From: Lingula anatina
Taxonomy: Eukaryota > Animalia > Brachiopoda
NCBI GenBank assembly: GCA_051362555.1
Contig: CM120648.1
Coordinates: 10,474,587-10,538,586 of the forward strand
Direction: 5' to 3'
Length of the DNA: 64,000 nt
Shown: positions 11,779-25,100 of the stretch, one piece after another
Numbering within the stretch: the first letter of the stretch is position 1
Layout: every line of letters starts with the position of its first letter
Program-made: the position numbers and the translations under genes
The notes under the pieces: generated by a model
What the model saw: the letters and a program-made list of their open reading frames with translations, nothing else
The model's database searches: none
What the model was told of the DNA's origin: nothing

Positions 11779-12010
11779 GGGACCATTCCCATAACCCTGT
11801 CGTACTTGCAGGATCGATCTATCTCCGAGTGGATTCTCGCTAAATTGCATTCAGTTTAAGCGTGCACGAAAGTTAATTACCCCCCCCCCCCCCCCAGCAG
11901 CTTCAGTGGGCGTGACGGACATTAAAACCGCTTGAACTGGATGCAGGTTAGCGAAAATCCTCTCGGAGTTAGATCGATCCTGCTAGTGCGAAAGGGTTAT
12001 GGGATACAAG
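11779..12010. mobile_element. MITE, GATCGATC family, in the GPCR intron
   Basis: Long imperfect inverted arms: TTCCCATAACCCTGTCGTACTTGCAGGATCGATCTATCTCCGAG ... CTCGGAGTTAGATCGATCCTGCTAGTGCGAAAGGGTTATGGGA. Confidence 0.8.
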
Positions 12011-12675
12011 TACAAGTAGATACAAGTACTGCAACTGTGGAGTTGAAATTAAAACCTGAGTTAAGCTGTTAATTACAGAATGTAATATTGTAACTTTCAG
12101 TGTATAACACAGCTGAATGGCGTATTTGCTAGTTCCACAGAGAAAAGACTGCCACCGTACGTGGAAGGCAGATAATTGATAAGTTTGTTAAGGGACATAT
12201 GATATTTCAAGAGCATAAAAGCTTAATTCCTTTTTTCTTCCGAAGAAATGTCAGATCTAGACAGACTTGGTGGTTTCAGACCATGAATAAATAACATTTA
12301 GATTCTTTTCTAGCGTCAATAGCAAATTTCCCCACGGACCAAACCAGTATATTAATTTCTTTTCATTTGAAAAAAAAATAGGTGCAATATCATTCTAATA
12401 CCTCAAAATAAGGGTCGGTCGTGTCCGTTATTTAAGCCATCAGATTTGTTTGGCCTAGCGTTCAATCAATCATCCACGGATCAGGTTTTAGATGTCATAT
12501 GGCAAGTGCCATTGAACCAGTTTAATGTTCCGTGCAAATAAGTAAGTCCAACATCAATCCGGAAAAAGACCCGACGTTTTGCCAATTATACATGTACTAT
12601 ATTTAATACTGACCTAAAGCTTCGGTTTATAAATCACCTGTGCTCTACCAGCACACTATAATAAATAGAGAAAAA

Positions 12676-12718
<43 letters not shown>

Positions 12719-12916
12719 AGAGAAAAACATGGTATTTTAATTCAGGCACTTGAGGGGTGGGGGTGGGGGTGGGGGTCATTGATGGAGCCAGGATTTTGCT
12801 AGGGGGAGTTCAAAGATGCAGAATTGTTAAATAGTAGAAGAGAAATATTACTATTAATTTCTAGGGCACAGAAATCCACTTCGGTCCAGTTTTGCTCCTT
12901 TTTTATTATTGATAAA

Positions 12917-12969
<53 letters not shown>

Positions 12970-13322
12970 GAGGGGGCTCTCAGATACTAAAGGACAGCAG
13001 GTACTGCCCCACCCCCCTAGGGATCCACCTTTGTAATAAGACGATGGCATTCACCGACAAAAAACCCTCGTTAGAAATGGGAAAACGGATAGACAGACTT
13101 CATTCGACTCCCTGCGCTATATATCGGGTTACGTTTCAATATTTTCTGCCAGGGATCATTAATTATGAAAGGACATGAAAAAGAAACGCTCCGGCTTCCC
13201 TAAGCTAGTAAATAAATACGTGTTTGATATAAAACTACCCAAGTTGCCTGTATAGTACATGCATGTATAGTACGTATCAAGTATATAATGTTTTTGTATG
13301 TGATATTATTTAATATGAGAAC

Positions 13323-13345
13323 GTGTGTGTGTGTGTGTGTATGTG

Positions 13346-13441
<96 letters not shown>
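13323..13441. repeat. Compound (GT)n(GA)n microsatellite
   Basis: Read directly. Similar simple repeats occur at about 9933-9978 (A), 12674-12719 (TAAA), 12920-12968 (GA), 14891-14935 (CA), 32372-32428 (C/CA), 34981-35010 (G), 37728-37814 and 42088-42157 (CT). Confidence 0.95.
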
Positions 13442-13443
<2 letters not shown>

Positions 13444-13577
13444 TTGAAACACGGAAGTAAAAAAAAGTTTCAGAACAATTTATAACTCTTGCATTTTAGA
13501 TCGGTACAGACTTTGCTCGATAAAATAAACATTCACCAGTACAGTAAGGGGTATCATTTGGATAAACTACTGAATAT

Positions 13578-13696
13578 GCGAGCGTTCCCATAAACCCATC
13601 GTACTAGCTGGATCGATTACACTGACAGCATTTAGCTACAAGCCCCGCAGAGTTTGATCGATCCATCTTGTACGATGGGTTTATGGGAACGCAGTC
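13578..13696. mobile_element. Short MITE, GATCGATC family
   Basis: GCGTTCCCATAAACCCATCGTAC ... GTACGATGGGTTTATGGGAACGC (perfect 23-bp inverted match), with TAT on both flanks. Confidence 0.82.
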
Positions 13697-14389
13697 TATA
13701 TCTCTCTGTCTGAACTCAAGGCCGATATCCAATGGCCTTATTCTACCGCAGAATTTTCGATTTATTGACAGAGATGACTTTTTTAATTTCCTTTATGTCA
13801 TTTTGACTAGCGGAGAGAGAGAAAGAGAGAGAGATTGCCTTTGAGTGCAGACATAAATACTCGTCTCGACTTGATATTTCCTTGACGACAATGCTAAATT
13901 TGGGGAGTTGTAATTTTTATTGCACATTTGGGCACTAGTAGCAGTTTCACAAAAAAAAATTTGCCGAACTTGCAATTGAAAATACCTTTACTGTTCAGCC
14001 ACCCGATCGCTTATTGGATTTATAGCTAACCTCGATTATCATTTACATCACTTTGTTTATTTTATTTCTGAAATTTTCAACAATTGCACAAGGAAACAAC
14101 ATCGTTTGCGATCACCTCAGTCCCTTCCAGAGTCAGTCCTGTGACCAAGGTACGCAGATGAAGAACTGACATGAAATATGAGGAAATCGGAAATCGATGA
14201 TGAGGTTCATAAGTCCTTGCGGAGATGAAATAGCGAAATAAGCATTGTGCATTGTTTTAAAAAAAATGGGTCCACTCCTTTATCAGCTGTCTGGTTCTTA
14301 CACTGAAAACCTTTTTTCTCCTCGAGAATTCTATCTGCACCAGTTTGGTTTAAGAGATTTTTGTATGTAATAACGTTAAAAGTGACTAA

Positions 14390-14671
14390 GAGGGCATTCA
14401 GAACTTGTTGATCCGCGGACTAGCAGATCCAAGGACAAAATATGGCGGACTCACTTAAAAGCAGCGCCGACCAATCCCCTGATGGCCTCCGCGCTTCCAC
14501 ACGCACTGTCGCTGCAGGGGTCTTGGGAGCCGAGATTTAATCCGTTTAATGTCTCATGTGGAGGCAGCGAGACCATTAAGGGGTTAAACGGCGCTGCTGC
14601 ATTTAAGTGGGATCGGCCATATTTATCCGGTGGATCAGTTAGTTCACGGATCATATGTTCTGAATGCGCTC
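14390..14671. mobile_element. MITE, ATTCAGAAC family (long variant)
   Basis: TAA-GAGGGCATTCAGAAC ... GTTCTGAATGCGCTC-TAA, with internal AAATATGGCG / GGCCATATTT arms shared with the other copies. Confidence 0.82.
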
Positions 14672-15082
14672 TAACTCCCTTTCATGAGTTCTCTATATGT
14701 TGGTTTTCTGCTGTTTAGTTAATAGGAAGTTGATAAATTAGCTTATCGTGCGTGGGGACGGGGTTCAGATGGCTCTATTACTTAAAGACTGGGTTTTTCA
14801 TTTGTCAATTTCTCTAAAGCTACCAGTGCTTATACTTCGCTAAGATGTAGAAAAGCCTTAAGTTGCTTCCTTGAAGATGAAGCGAGAACAGCACACACGC
14901 ACACACACACACGCACACACACACACACACACACGAGAAAATCACTCATGTCTCAAATATGAGGGTTCTACTTATATTTCAGGACAACTCAAATCAAATC
15001 ACATCACATCACGACTACAAGACATGCCACTGATTAACACAAAAAAAAAAAACATATATAGCACACGGATAACTTCACTTAC

Positions 15083-15488
15083 ACATAACTTCACCCAAAT
15101 GCCACGCCTCGTTGGCGTAAAACTCGGCCATGGCGGTGGACATACAGATGACCAGAAGCAGGAGGTCAGCCAAACTGAGATTGGCCAGAAACACGTCCGT
15201 TGACCGCCGCATCTGCTTGGTCCGCCAGATGACCACCAAGACCATCGTGTTGCCCACGACCCCCAGGATGAAAATCGCCACGTGGCACACGGAGACCCAG
15301 ATGAGAATATAAGGAGGTGTGGACACCCCGGCCGTGATGACGTCACTGATGTTGTATCCCCTGTTGTTTACACTGCTATTGCTGCTGATGCTGTTGTTGA
15401 AAATGACACTGTCATTCCAGGTATCAAATTCACCGGTAATGCTGGTACTGTTAATGTATTCGCTGTTATTATTGCTAAGCGTTTCCAT
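15083..15488 (-). CDS. ETHR-like GPCR, coding exon 1 (N-terminus, TM1, TM2, ECL1)
   Basis: METLSNNNS... with several N-x-S/T sites, TM1 GN, TM2 FLANLSLADLL and ECL1 WHLGEVMC. Donor T|GTAAGT; the split codon T+GT restores the conserved TM3 Cys in frame with exon 2. There is an in-frame stop upstream of the ATG. Confidence 0.93.
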
Positions 15489-16215
15489 CGCTTTTATACA
15501 AGTAACATCCGAGTTCCCTGCAAAGACGAATGGCCCCGGCGTCGCTCTTGTGGTAGATGTAAGCGTCTACGGCATCGTACTTTATGTGGTAGACGCCAGT
15601 CGCAATGCACTCTGTGTCTTCCCGTCTTGACAAAGTATCTCAGTCGGTAACGTTGCTTCAGCTGTCAAGCATCCAGGTCTTATTTCTAGTGTGGGTTTCT
15701 ACGTCTCCGGTTTGTTCTCAAATCACCAATGACATAGTGCCGTTAGTCATATCCTCGAATCCATCAAATCAATTTGCCTAACATTATTCAATATTACCGC
15801 TATACATAGTTATATAAGCACCGTTTTTTTAACACAGAGATATATAACTGGCTATTAAGATATTACTCTTATTGCGTTCCAACGTATCATGACGTGAATT
15901 CAAATAGGGTATGCATACGACGCACGGTCGCGGAAAAGTTCGGTAAGGTGAGAAGGTCTTGTAACAAATTTGTCTCAGAAAAACAAAGGCTGTCTTTGAG
16001 TGGGGATTTTGGGCCTGGAGTCTTGCGATGTTTCTTGAATTTGTTCTATAGACATTTTAAGTTATGTCTAGAAGACAATGAAAACCATACGCGTTGACCT
16101 AGAACTCAGTGACGCCATATATGGACTAGAAAGGGTTTCCGCAACATGCAGGGTGACAATTTCAGCGATAAAAGAAAAACACTATATCGTGTATTGAGAA
16201 TCTCGTCTCGTATTA

Positions 16216-16453
16216 GGGTGCATTCAGATAACCCGTCGGACTAACTGGATCGATCCAACTCCGTGGGAGATTCTTCCTAAGTGCAATCACTGTAATCGGC
16301 TTATATGTCTAACACCACTCCTCAATTAATTAACTAGCAACTCAAGGGGCCGGGCGGGCAAATCAGCTAATTACACTAAATGCACTTTAGCGAGAATACC
16401 CTGCAGAGTTGGATCGATCCAGCTGGAATTGATATTTGAATCTGAACGCAGCA
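16216..16453. mobile_element. MITE, GATCGATC family
   Basis: GGGTGCATTCAGAT...CTGGATCGATCCAACTC ... GAGTTGGATCGATCCAG...ATCTGAACGCA. Reverse-complement homolog of the outer element at 62737-63196. Confidence 0.8.
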
Positions 16454-19049
16454 ATACAAAAGTGACACGCAAAATGTGACGGATTCGTTCTGTTGCGCAA
16501 TCCACTACACGTTTAATTCGACAGAACGTAAGAGAAAAACAATCAGGAAAATATTAGTGTATAAACTACGTCTGCTTTTTTCGCAGCAGAACGGCACCCT
16601 CTAGTCAGTTATTATTTCTGACTTTACTTCCCTCGCTTGATTTTACACTAGGTCATCATGCCCTGGGCTGTCTCGGGTAATTATTTTTCGAAATATTTCT
16701 GTGGAAGGTCAACAGCAATGGAACTAAGGTCACGAGCGATGAAAGTCAAAAGACTGAGGAGGTCAACTGAAAACACGCAGAGTATCGTGTCTTGTCTCCA
16801 TGTTTTTATTTAGTGACTCCGTCATCTAGGGCTCGCAGTGAGGGTTATATATTTATGAATAGCAACACTGTTTTTATTATTATTAATATTTCATTTTAAG
16901 TGGGGGGGGGGGGGGGTCTCTGAATTACCAGCAGGGTAGAGCATATCTTAAACCCTAAACAGAATTTTAATCCATAATCCAGCATTTGCGTTTCATGTTT
17001 CTTGTTTTTTAGTCACTCTCGTAATTTGAAAAGAGATTTGTGAATTTCAGTCATAACCTTTTTAAAAAAGAACCATGAAATGAGATTATTGCTATACAGA
17101 TCGTTAGGTCTATAATATTTCCTCTATTCCAAATGTTGCTTAGTCCTGATCCAATATTTTAATACAAAATGCATCAAAACTGATGTGGTAGATTGAGCAA
17201 AGGAGGCCTGGTAGGTCCCAATACTCTTTACATTAAATGAAGTAAAAAATGATACGTAACATATTAAGCAAGTCATTAAAATGCTTATCTATAACAGATC
17301 GTCTTGTATCTTGATACAGAAATTGCCCTTATGTCTTAAAGTCAATGTTTTTTTAATGTTTTTATTGCTATTCAGGCTACTTTCATAGAGGATATTGTTG
17401 GGCTATTCAGTAATAGTCCATATTTTAATGTCTTTAAAAAGACACGTATGGATTCGTTACAGAAAAATAAGAGAATGAATGTATATTGAGTTCACTCTGA
17501 GACGAAAAATAATCTCATAGTCAAGAAACACCACTGACTAAAATGCATCAAGACAGATTGCATTTTCCGACTTTCACATCAAAATTTGACGTAAATCACA
17601 GGCCCGAGAACCAAACTAATCATTGCGTTTTTCAATCTCACCTGTAGCATTCTTCACGTATATGCTATCTTTTCTTCTCCCCCAGAAAAATATATATGCA
17701 TTCAGTATCGATTTCATTCACTGCACTGAGATATCCGCGTTATAACAATCCCAGGTTCACAATCTTATCTCTGACTTGGATCTCCTCCGGAGAACCTCTC
17801 TTCTGGTTCGTTACGACCTGTATGGGAGGGTGTATTCCTCTATTTTGATAGGTTACGTCACTCACGCTGAGACTCAGCGGGGCTGGACCAATGAAGGAGG
17901 TCCACCCATTCACTGCATCAGAACCCGACTCTAGCAGCGGTCAGGTAAGGGGTATTTGAGTCATAGGTCACGCTACTGAGAGTCCAGTGGTCATAAGGAA
18001 GGGAGTGACCGCTAGATCACGGGGGAGTGACCATTACGGTGATTTGCAAGAGGTGACAGAGTTTGAGAGGAGTGACTTTTGTACAGTGGAGTAAGAATAC
18101 CATTTGGTAAGATTGACAAGGAAATACTTCACCCATAATTAGCCGGACAGCAACAAATCACGTACATAATCTCGCTCAGCAGGTGAGTAAAACACTTTCG
18201 CCGAATTCACTAAAGAAATCTAACGCAATTTATCAGAATAAGAAGTAAAAGGCAGGCTAAGTTGTGTGAGCTTCTAGAGTAGTTCAATATTTAGACTCGG
18301 CCCCTGCAACTACGCATGCAGCAGTGCAAATAACATGTATTCGAGGTTAAGTGAATAGTGTTCGAGCTACCTGATGTCGAATAACGTGTTGTTTGAGGGT
18401 GTTTGTACAATAGTTTCTGCGTTGAAAGGACCGTGCGCTATAACGAATGGTTTGATAAAAGAACGGTTGATCGCTTAATACATACGGAATAGAACTTACA
18501 TATATAACGGCTACTAGGACCGTGTTCCATAATATAGCATAATTCGAACACTGACATTGACTTTAAGACTGGACATTTTGGTTCAATCCAATCCTAGATA
18601 AATATGTAGAAGTATATCAGAATGGTTCGAAACAGTAGCTACATGTGCACCCGTTACTTTTTGCGGTGCAGGCTGAATGTCACAATTAACATGGAAGAAT
18701 ACTGATTTGTGCTGGTCAAAATACACTGACATCTGTGATCTTAAAGTTAACACAGGCTCTCGATAAAACTCCTTACGTAAAACTCGACTCTGGCCGCGTG
18801 CTGTTCCATCGCCATATCCTATACAAGTTAAAGACACTGCACGAATGCTCTACGTGTTCCTGATATCACTGCAGGTCGTAGATCGATAGATCATAGAACT
18901 CGTAAATGATCTTGGTCCTTGGCAATTGTACGAGACATCCACATACCCTGAGTTAGAGATGTCATACAGCATTTTTCCTGTTGGAATGCCTGTGCCTTGA
19001 TAGGGGAAATGGTGCATTGTTTGATACGGCCAAACACTTTGTTCACCGT

Positions 19050-19120
19050 CCCACCCCACCATACTTCAACCCACCCAACCTTACTTCAACCCACCCTACC
19101 CCTACTTAAACCCACCCCTC
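19050..19120. repeat. Short tandem repeat, unit of about 20 bp x3.5
   Basis: CCCACCC(C/A/T)ACC(A/T/C)TACTTCAA repeated. Confidence 0.8.
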
Positions 19121-22100
19121 CTTTTACGTTTTATGAAATAAGATAACGTTGGTAAAACGTAAGTATAAGCTCTCTTTGCTCTGATTATAAAGTTTTTTTG
19201 TCGGCTATTGACAGGTATAACCCATAAAGGTTTCAATTACATTATTTCATAAAGATGTGCTATCGACTCTGTCACGAAAGCGGCGTTTTGCGTTGGTCAC
19301 TGTCAGAACTCAACCGTGTTTTATAAAACAAACAAACGGTATTCAGGCATTTAATCGTGTTCACTGAATTACAAACAGAACAGTCCGGTTGACCAGTTAC
19401 CGAAAGGCACATTTTGTCGAGGTTTTGACTCGGAGAAAATCCACCCAAAAGGCCGTGTTTATTATGCCTAGTGTTGTAGTCACGAGTTCCCCGACGAGTA
19501 AATAAAGAAAGTATAGAGAGGTGAAATTGGATATAGAATATGAAGTATTACAGCTGAAAGTGGTCATCCGGCTATGACATTAAGTTGCAAGTTGTAAGCT
19601 GATAAAAAAGGGATCAGGGGAATTGTGAGAATGAATTGTACAAAGCCCAAATAATTACAAATGAGATATACAACCGATCCCCCTGCAGCGAGAGAAAATT
19701 GAATTCCAGAATAAACGTCTCGGATTGTCTTCCTTGTCCGAGAGATGGAATTGTTTCTGACGTTATCATCTTTCTGCGGTAAACAGCATTTTCACGTGTT
19801 TGTTGATTGTATCAGTATTATGACTGTGAATACGTCCTTTAACACAGACTACAGTAGATCTAGGGCCTGACAAAGAACACAGAGTGGAGTGAAAATCGTG
19901 CGTTGGCATACAGTAGTATAATATCTTATATGCGAAATCACAGAATTGCAAACAGGTAAGAATTTGTTGTCAAAATATCGCCGATAAACCACTGTTTAAC
20001 CCACGAGTTGGAAAGAGAGAGGGGAGGGGTATATTTCCAGTGGGGGGGGGGGGGGGGGGGAGCATCATTAAATGCAAAAATGCCTCACCTTTCGTCGCTA
20101 AAATAACCTATTAATAGAAAAGAATTGAAATCTGAAAGTAGTCGGGCTATTTTGAATGTAAACTCACCAGCACGCTTTAAATAATATAACATATCAAAAT
20201 ATTGCGATCGATAACGTTACGCTTAAGAGGTCGCTAAATATATCATTGACTTATTTTACCAATCCCTGTAAGCTAAAGGCAGATTTCAGACAAACGGGCT
20301 ACGACGTCGACTTAAACCTACCGGGTGGCTAGCACGTGTCAATTGATACATCGGTATAACGTGAAGACGTTGTGAGAGCACACTGGGGATAGGTTTTACT
20401 GGGGGGTACGTATTACATCTGTCTATACAATTTATCGACATCGACTCTTCTTAGTTTCAACAATGTCAAATAGTCTGTTACTGTCCAGCGATGTTTGGTG
20501 TAAGAGTTTTTGTTATTCACGCTTAGTTTTTTTTATCTGCCTGTGGGGCAGAGCGAAAAGACGCATGTAGACTGAAAGAGGATGTTATACGAATAGTCTT
20601 GAATTATATCATAGTGCATGGTGATGTATCTCAGAGCTAAGTCTAACTCATTTTTTTTCTCTCTGCTAAAGAGAAAAATTAACACACAATGCTTTTAAAG
20701 TATTACAGTCCAAGAGTTCACTGAATAGGAACTATTTTTTCCTTGCGTAGGTAGTCGCATATGACTGGGTACGGCTGTAATTAAATCATTTTTCATAAAA
20801 AAAATTGAGCTGTTCGGTGTTGACTTGGAGTTACGACAAAGAAAAAGGTAACGTCTTACATTGCTAATAGTACTGGCTCTTGTCCAAATAACGAAACTGG
20901 ATCTTACATGTAGGCCTACGTAGCAATACTGATAGAGCGCTTCATTTTGTTGAAATCCATAGGGTCTAATTTGGTATCAGATCGGTAGAGAAGCTGCACA
21001 AAACAGTTCTTAGCTAGACAAAAATATATGCTCTTGATTAATACAGAAGGAAGCTTTTCCAGTATTGCCTTGTGCATTTGTCTGTACAGTTAGGCATATT
21101 TTGACAAACTCTAATATGTGAAATATATATAGATCTTTTTCATAAATGCTTGACATGGTTCAAATGATATTCCTATATTCTTGCCAATTTTCCACTCGTG
21201 ACACTTAATATCTGACCCTCTTGAATTCCACACATAAGTTATATGTTATTGACAAGTGTTCGTCTTGTCAATATATTCTATTCTGTACGAAGCGTGGCTT
21301 TCAAAACGGAGCGCAGAATATGAAAATTGACCTCGCCATTGCATTGTAAGTAGGACGCCTATTATATGAGAGAACGGTACTCATGGAACTTTGACATTTG
21401 ATATAAGTGTGTATGCGTGTGTGTATGTATGTGAGCGTGCAAGGTTGCACCTGTGGAAAAGGGCGTCTACAACAAACGCAGAAACTCTACCCCTTCAAAA
21501 CATCTAACGCAAATCTAGCTATGGCATGGCATCAGATACCCACTCCTTTTCAGACGGCGCCAAGGTAAGTGTCCCAGCCTTACCGTAGAGACGCAAATAG
21601 TAGCGCGCTCACATGTGCGTGCGTGAATTTGTGCGTAGATTCAAATTCGTCGTTTAAAAAAGAGAATCTGCAAATCTGAAAACTGAGACTTTCTATAGGG
21701 CGTAACAACTAGGAATCTCGTCTGTACATCTTTGTGTATAATTTGTCGGTTCGTGTACATGTGGTTGTACAGTACACACAAGCACATATGCATAGTGCTT
21801 AAATAGTTCTTAAATCTCGACTCGAAGTGAACACCTTTCCCAGGTGTGGTGATAACGAGAATTGTAACTAATTCAACACATAATATCCCAACTCTTTGTT
21901 TAGATATATCGTGTGTCAGGAACCAAGTGCCTTTCATACATCTCTCTTTCTCAGTACCCTTAATATAATACCCTTAATATAATGCCTTTAAGAATTACTG
22001 TTAATGAAAAAAGCCAATGATATTCTATCCGGTAAAGAATTTCATCAAATTTTGTTAAACAAGGGGGGGGGGGTAGTGGATGCTCACTCAGGTAGGCGCT

Positions 22101-25100
22101 GTATCAACAAATGGAGCTTCGTTCCCTTAAGAAGACATCTCGACAGAATCCGAAATATCGGAAAACAATGACTTTGATTTTAGCTTATGATTGAGGAATC
22201 TATCCTAGCAGCAAGATACAAACACGTTTTAAGGCGGCGTATTTATGTGGGTTATCATTAATTCACTGTGACACACATGTGTCATGACAAAGTTACAGTG
22301 AGTAGAAAAATACACATTTTTTATTTGTACATCCAGAAAAGAAGGTGACCGTTAGAAAGATTGAGTAATTGTGAATAAAATTATGCAAATTTTGAGAAGG
22401 TGTGAGGTTGATCGCGTCGCCTCCGTCTTGAACTGAAAACACAGGTAGCCTTGTTTAGATTATAATAACGATGATGATGATGATTTTATTTACGTCACGT
22501 TTAAAAATAAAACCGAACCCACACTTCTAAGGGTTATGAGAGACTTAAACCTGTGATATTTAAGTTAAAATTCGTAAAAGTTATTTTAAATAAATAACCT
22601 TTCAATTTAAAACATTAAAAAATATTATATATAAAACTATTTAATCCCTCTCATCTATATTAGATTTGCTTCTTCTCCACATCATTGCTTACACAGGCAA
22701 TTCATGGATTAACTAAATCTCCAAGCGCAATTAGCGTTAGCGTTCCATTTGTACAGGCGTGCCTGGTTGCACCTTTCTAGTCAATATTTTACAATGTTAG
22801 CCTGTGTGTTTATCTCTTACTTGTAGGAGTTCGAGATGCGTTCAAACACAAGTGATTAAGACAAAATATCATTAAAACGCATCAAATGGCGTCATCATAT
22901 GAATTAATAAATAAATAAATAACAAATTCGTGAAATCCACTGTGCAGCAGTAGTCTAAAGCTAGCATATTCTGTATGGGCGTTTGATGACTAAAACTGGC
23001 GCGTTTAGGTCTTTAATCCAGTCTTAATTTGATCCATGTTTGAACAGAACTGTGTTTTTCGTTCCTGTTTAAACGTAACCTTATACCGTGCATACTGTAC
23101 TCTTACATCGCGCAGGTAAGTAAATGGGACATTTATATAGTAGCTGTGATTAGCACGTAGGATTCGATAAATTCTCGTTAAATGCTTACTGCGAGTATTG
23201 ATTCATACGCGGTTAATATGTGTTCCTTGTACTTTTAATGGTGAAGATGGTGGTCAGGAAATTTAGAAACAGAAGCGACGATAGTGAAAGTCTAATGATT
23301 ATACAGGATAGACATTTCTGTAATAAAATGTAATAAAATGTATACACATGGCGAAATTAAATGGTAGGGAAAATTTAAAGAAGACTTTGGTCAAATATGA
23401 ATACGTAGTGCGCATTATCATCCATTTGGAAGGTCTGTAGATGACAAGCATGTTTTAAAAGAGTTAAAAGAGAATTTTAAACATGAAAAGTAAACAGTGC
23501 GCTATGCACATCCCAGACAACGAAAATTGAAAATAAAATTCATCTATAAGAAGAGTAAAACAAATGGAAGTTTGGGAAAAAGCATAAATGCTTTCAGCTA
23601 GCAATATTGAAATTTTCATTATCTTTGAATATAAGGCCTAGCATAGGTGCCCCCTTTTGTTAAAATTGTACTAATAATACGACTTGTAAAAAGTGCTGGG
23701 ATTGCTGTTGTGATAAAAAAAATCACGTAATACAGAGGAGAATAGCAGAGGTAATTAAATTATTTATCTTGTGTTATGGTAGGCTTTAACTTCGATAGGG
23801 GACTGTTTCACTAAGCCATTATTAGGTTACGGGTTTTGTTGTCGTTATTTTTCTTTATAATATCCAAATGAAGATTTGATTAAGCAAAAAAAAAAAGAAA
23901 AATAATAATAATAATAATAATAAAATAGCGTCAAAATTGTAAGTAAATTTTATAAATGCAACACTTGGAAGAGGGAGACGGGTCAATTTGCGCATGCGCA
24001 AAGCTGGGCTACCGTGTCCAAGCACGCACATGGTGTAATAACAAATACCTCACAGGGATATAAGGAAAAACATTGATAAGATCGTGACTTAGCCACAACT
24101 GACACTCTAGGTGACTAAGATTGACATAGAAGTCCTATTTCTGGACACCCGCAAGAATTTGGAAGCCAAAGGATAATAATCTGGTTTGAAATATCAGTAC
24201 ACACCTGGATTTACTTTGTGTAAACTGGGTATTTTATAACGTGAGGACAGTGTAAATGTTTGTGGTATTTGTATTTGGCGTAATTGCGTGTGGGTGTGTG
24301 CAGTGTAGTGCCTGAGCGAATGCGTGCTAGTATATAAAAATCGCTTCAACTTTCTTGTGATAAATTCATCTATTATTGATAAGTTTGACATATTTTATAT
24401 AAGTTTTACCTACCTATTGTTTTGAAGAGAACTTAACTACTAGTATTAAATTTAAAATAATTTAAAAACTTCAACATTTGTACTGTATCGTGCACTGGGG
24501 GGGGGGGTATTATACTCTAAAAAGTATTATTTGGTACTCATTCAAGATTCATAGAAACATGCTAATTTAAATCAGGTTAAAATATCTCATGCAGAATAAC
24601 ACATTAATAGCCTACAAGATGATACTAGTGGTATCGCATTTGTTATCTTCTTGTTATTCTGTGACTCATTGTTTTGGGATGCTACGAGTAGATTTCTAAA
24701 CTTAAAACAATCGGTTACCTTAAGCGACACTCAGATAGTGTCAAAACCAGAACGGTAATGACATAATACTTGGCAAAATACTCTATCAAAAAAAAAAAAA
24801 AAAAAAAAAAAAAACAGCATTAATATGGCGTCTCTCCGGGACGTGAAAAACAGTGGCTTCTAGGCGATTTGCATGCTAACATCTTAATCAAGCAAATGAC
24901 AGCTCGTCACTATGTTTTATATTTTTTTTCATCAACGCAATTTGTGCGAAACCCGTCTTAAAAGATATCAAGATAAGAAAATGTAGACATTTTAGAATAA
25001 TGCTTATGTCATACACAAGGGGGTTCGTATGTAGATGCTAGATTGCGAGATTGCGGGGGCTTCAACAAGATAACATTTCGGGTGGAAAAGTCTATGCTTT

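Noticed and set aside
12799-13050. ORFs with SLSLSL, ERERER, THTHTH or FFFF runs (also 9918, 14871, 32292, 37573-37916, 41917)
   Set aside because: They are translations of microsatellites.
18958-18978. Peptide GKMLYDI shared by ORFs at 18850-19062 and 29374-29655
   Set aside because: Only about 20 bp of similarity with no flanking homology; compatible with chance.
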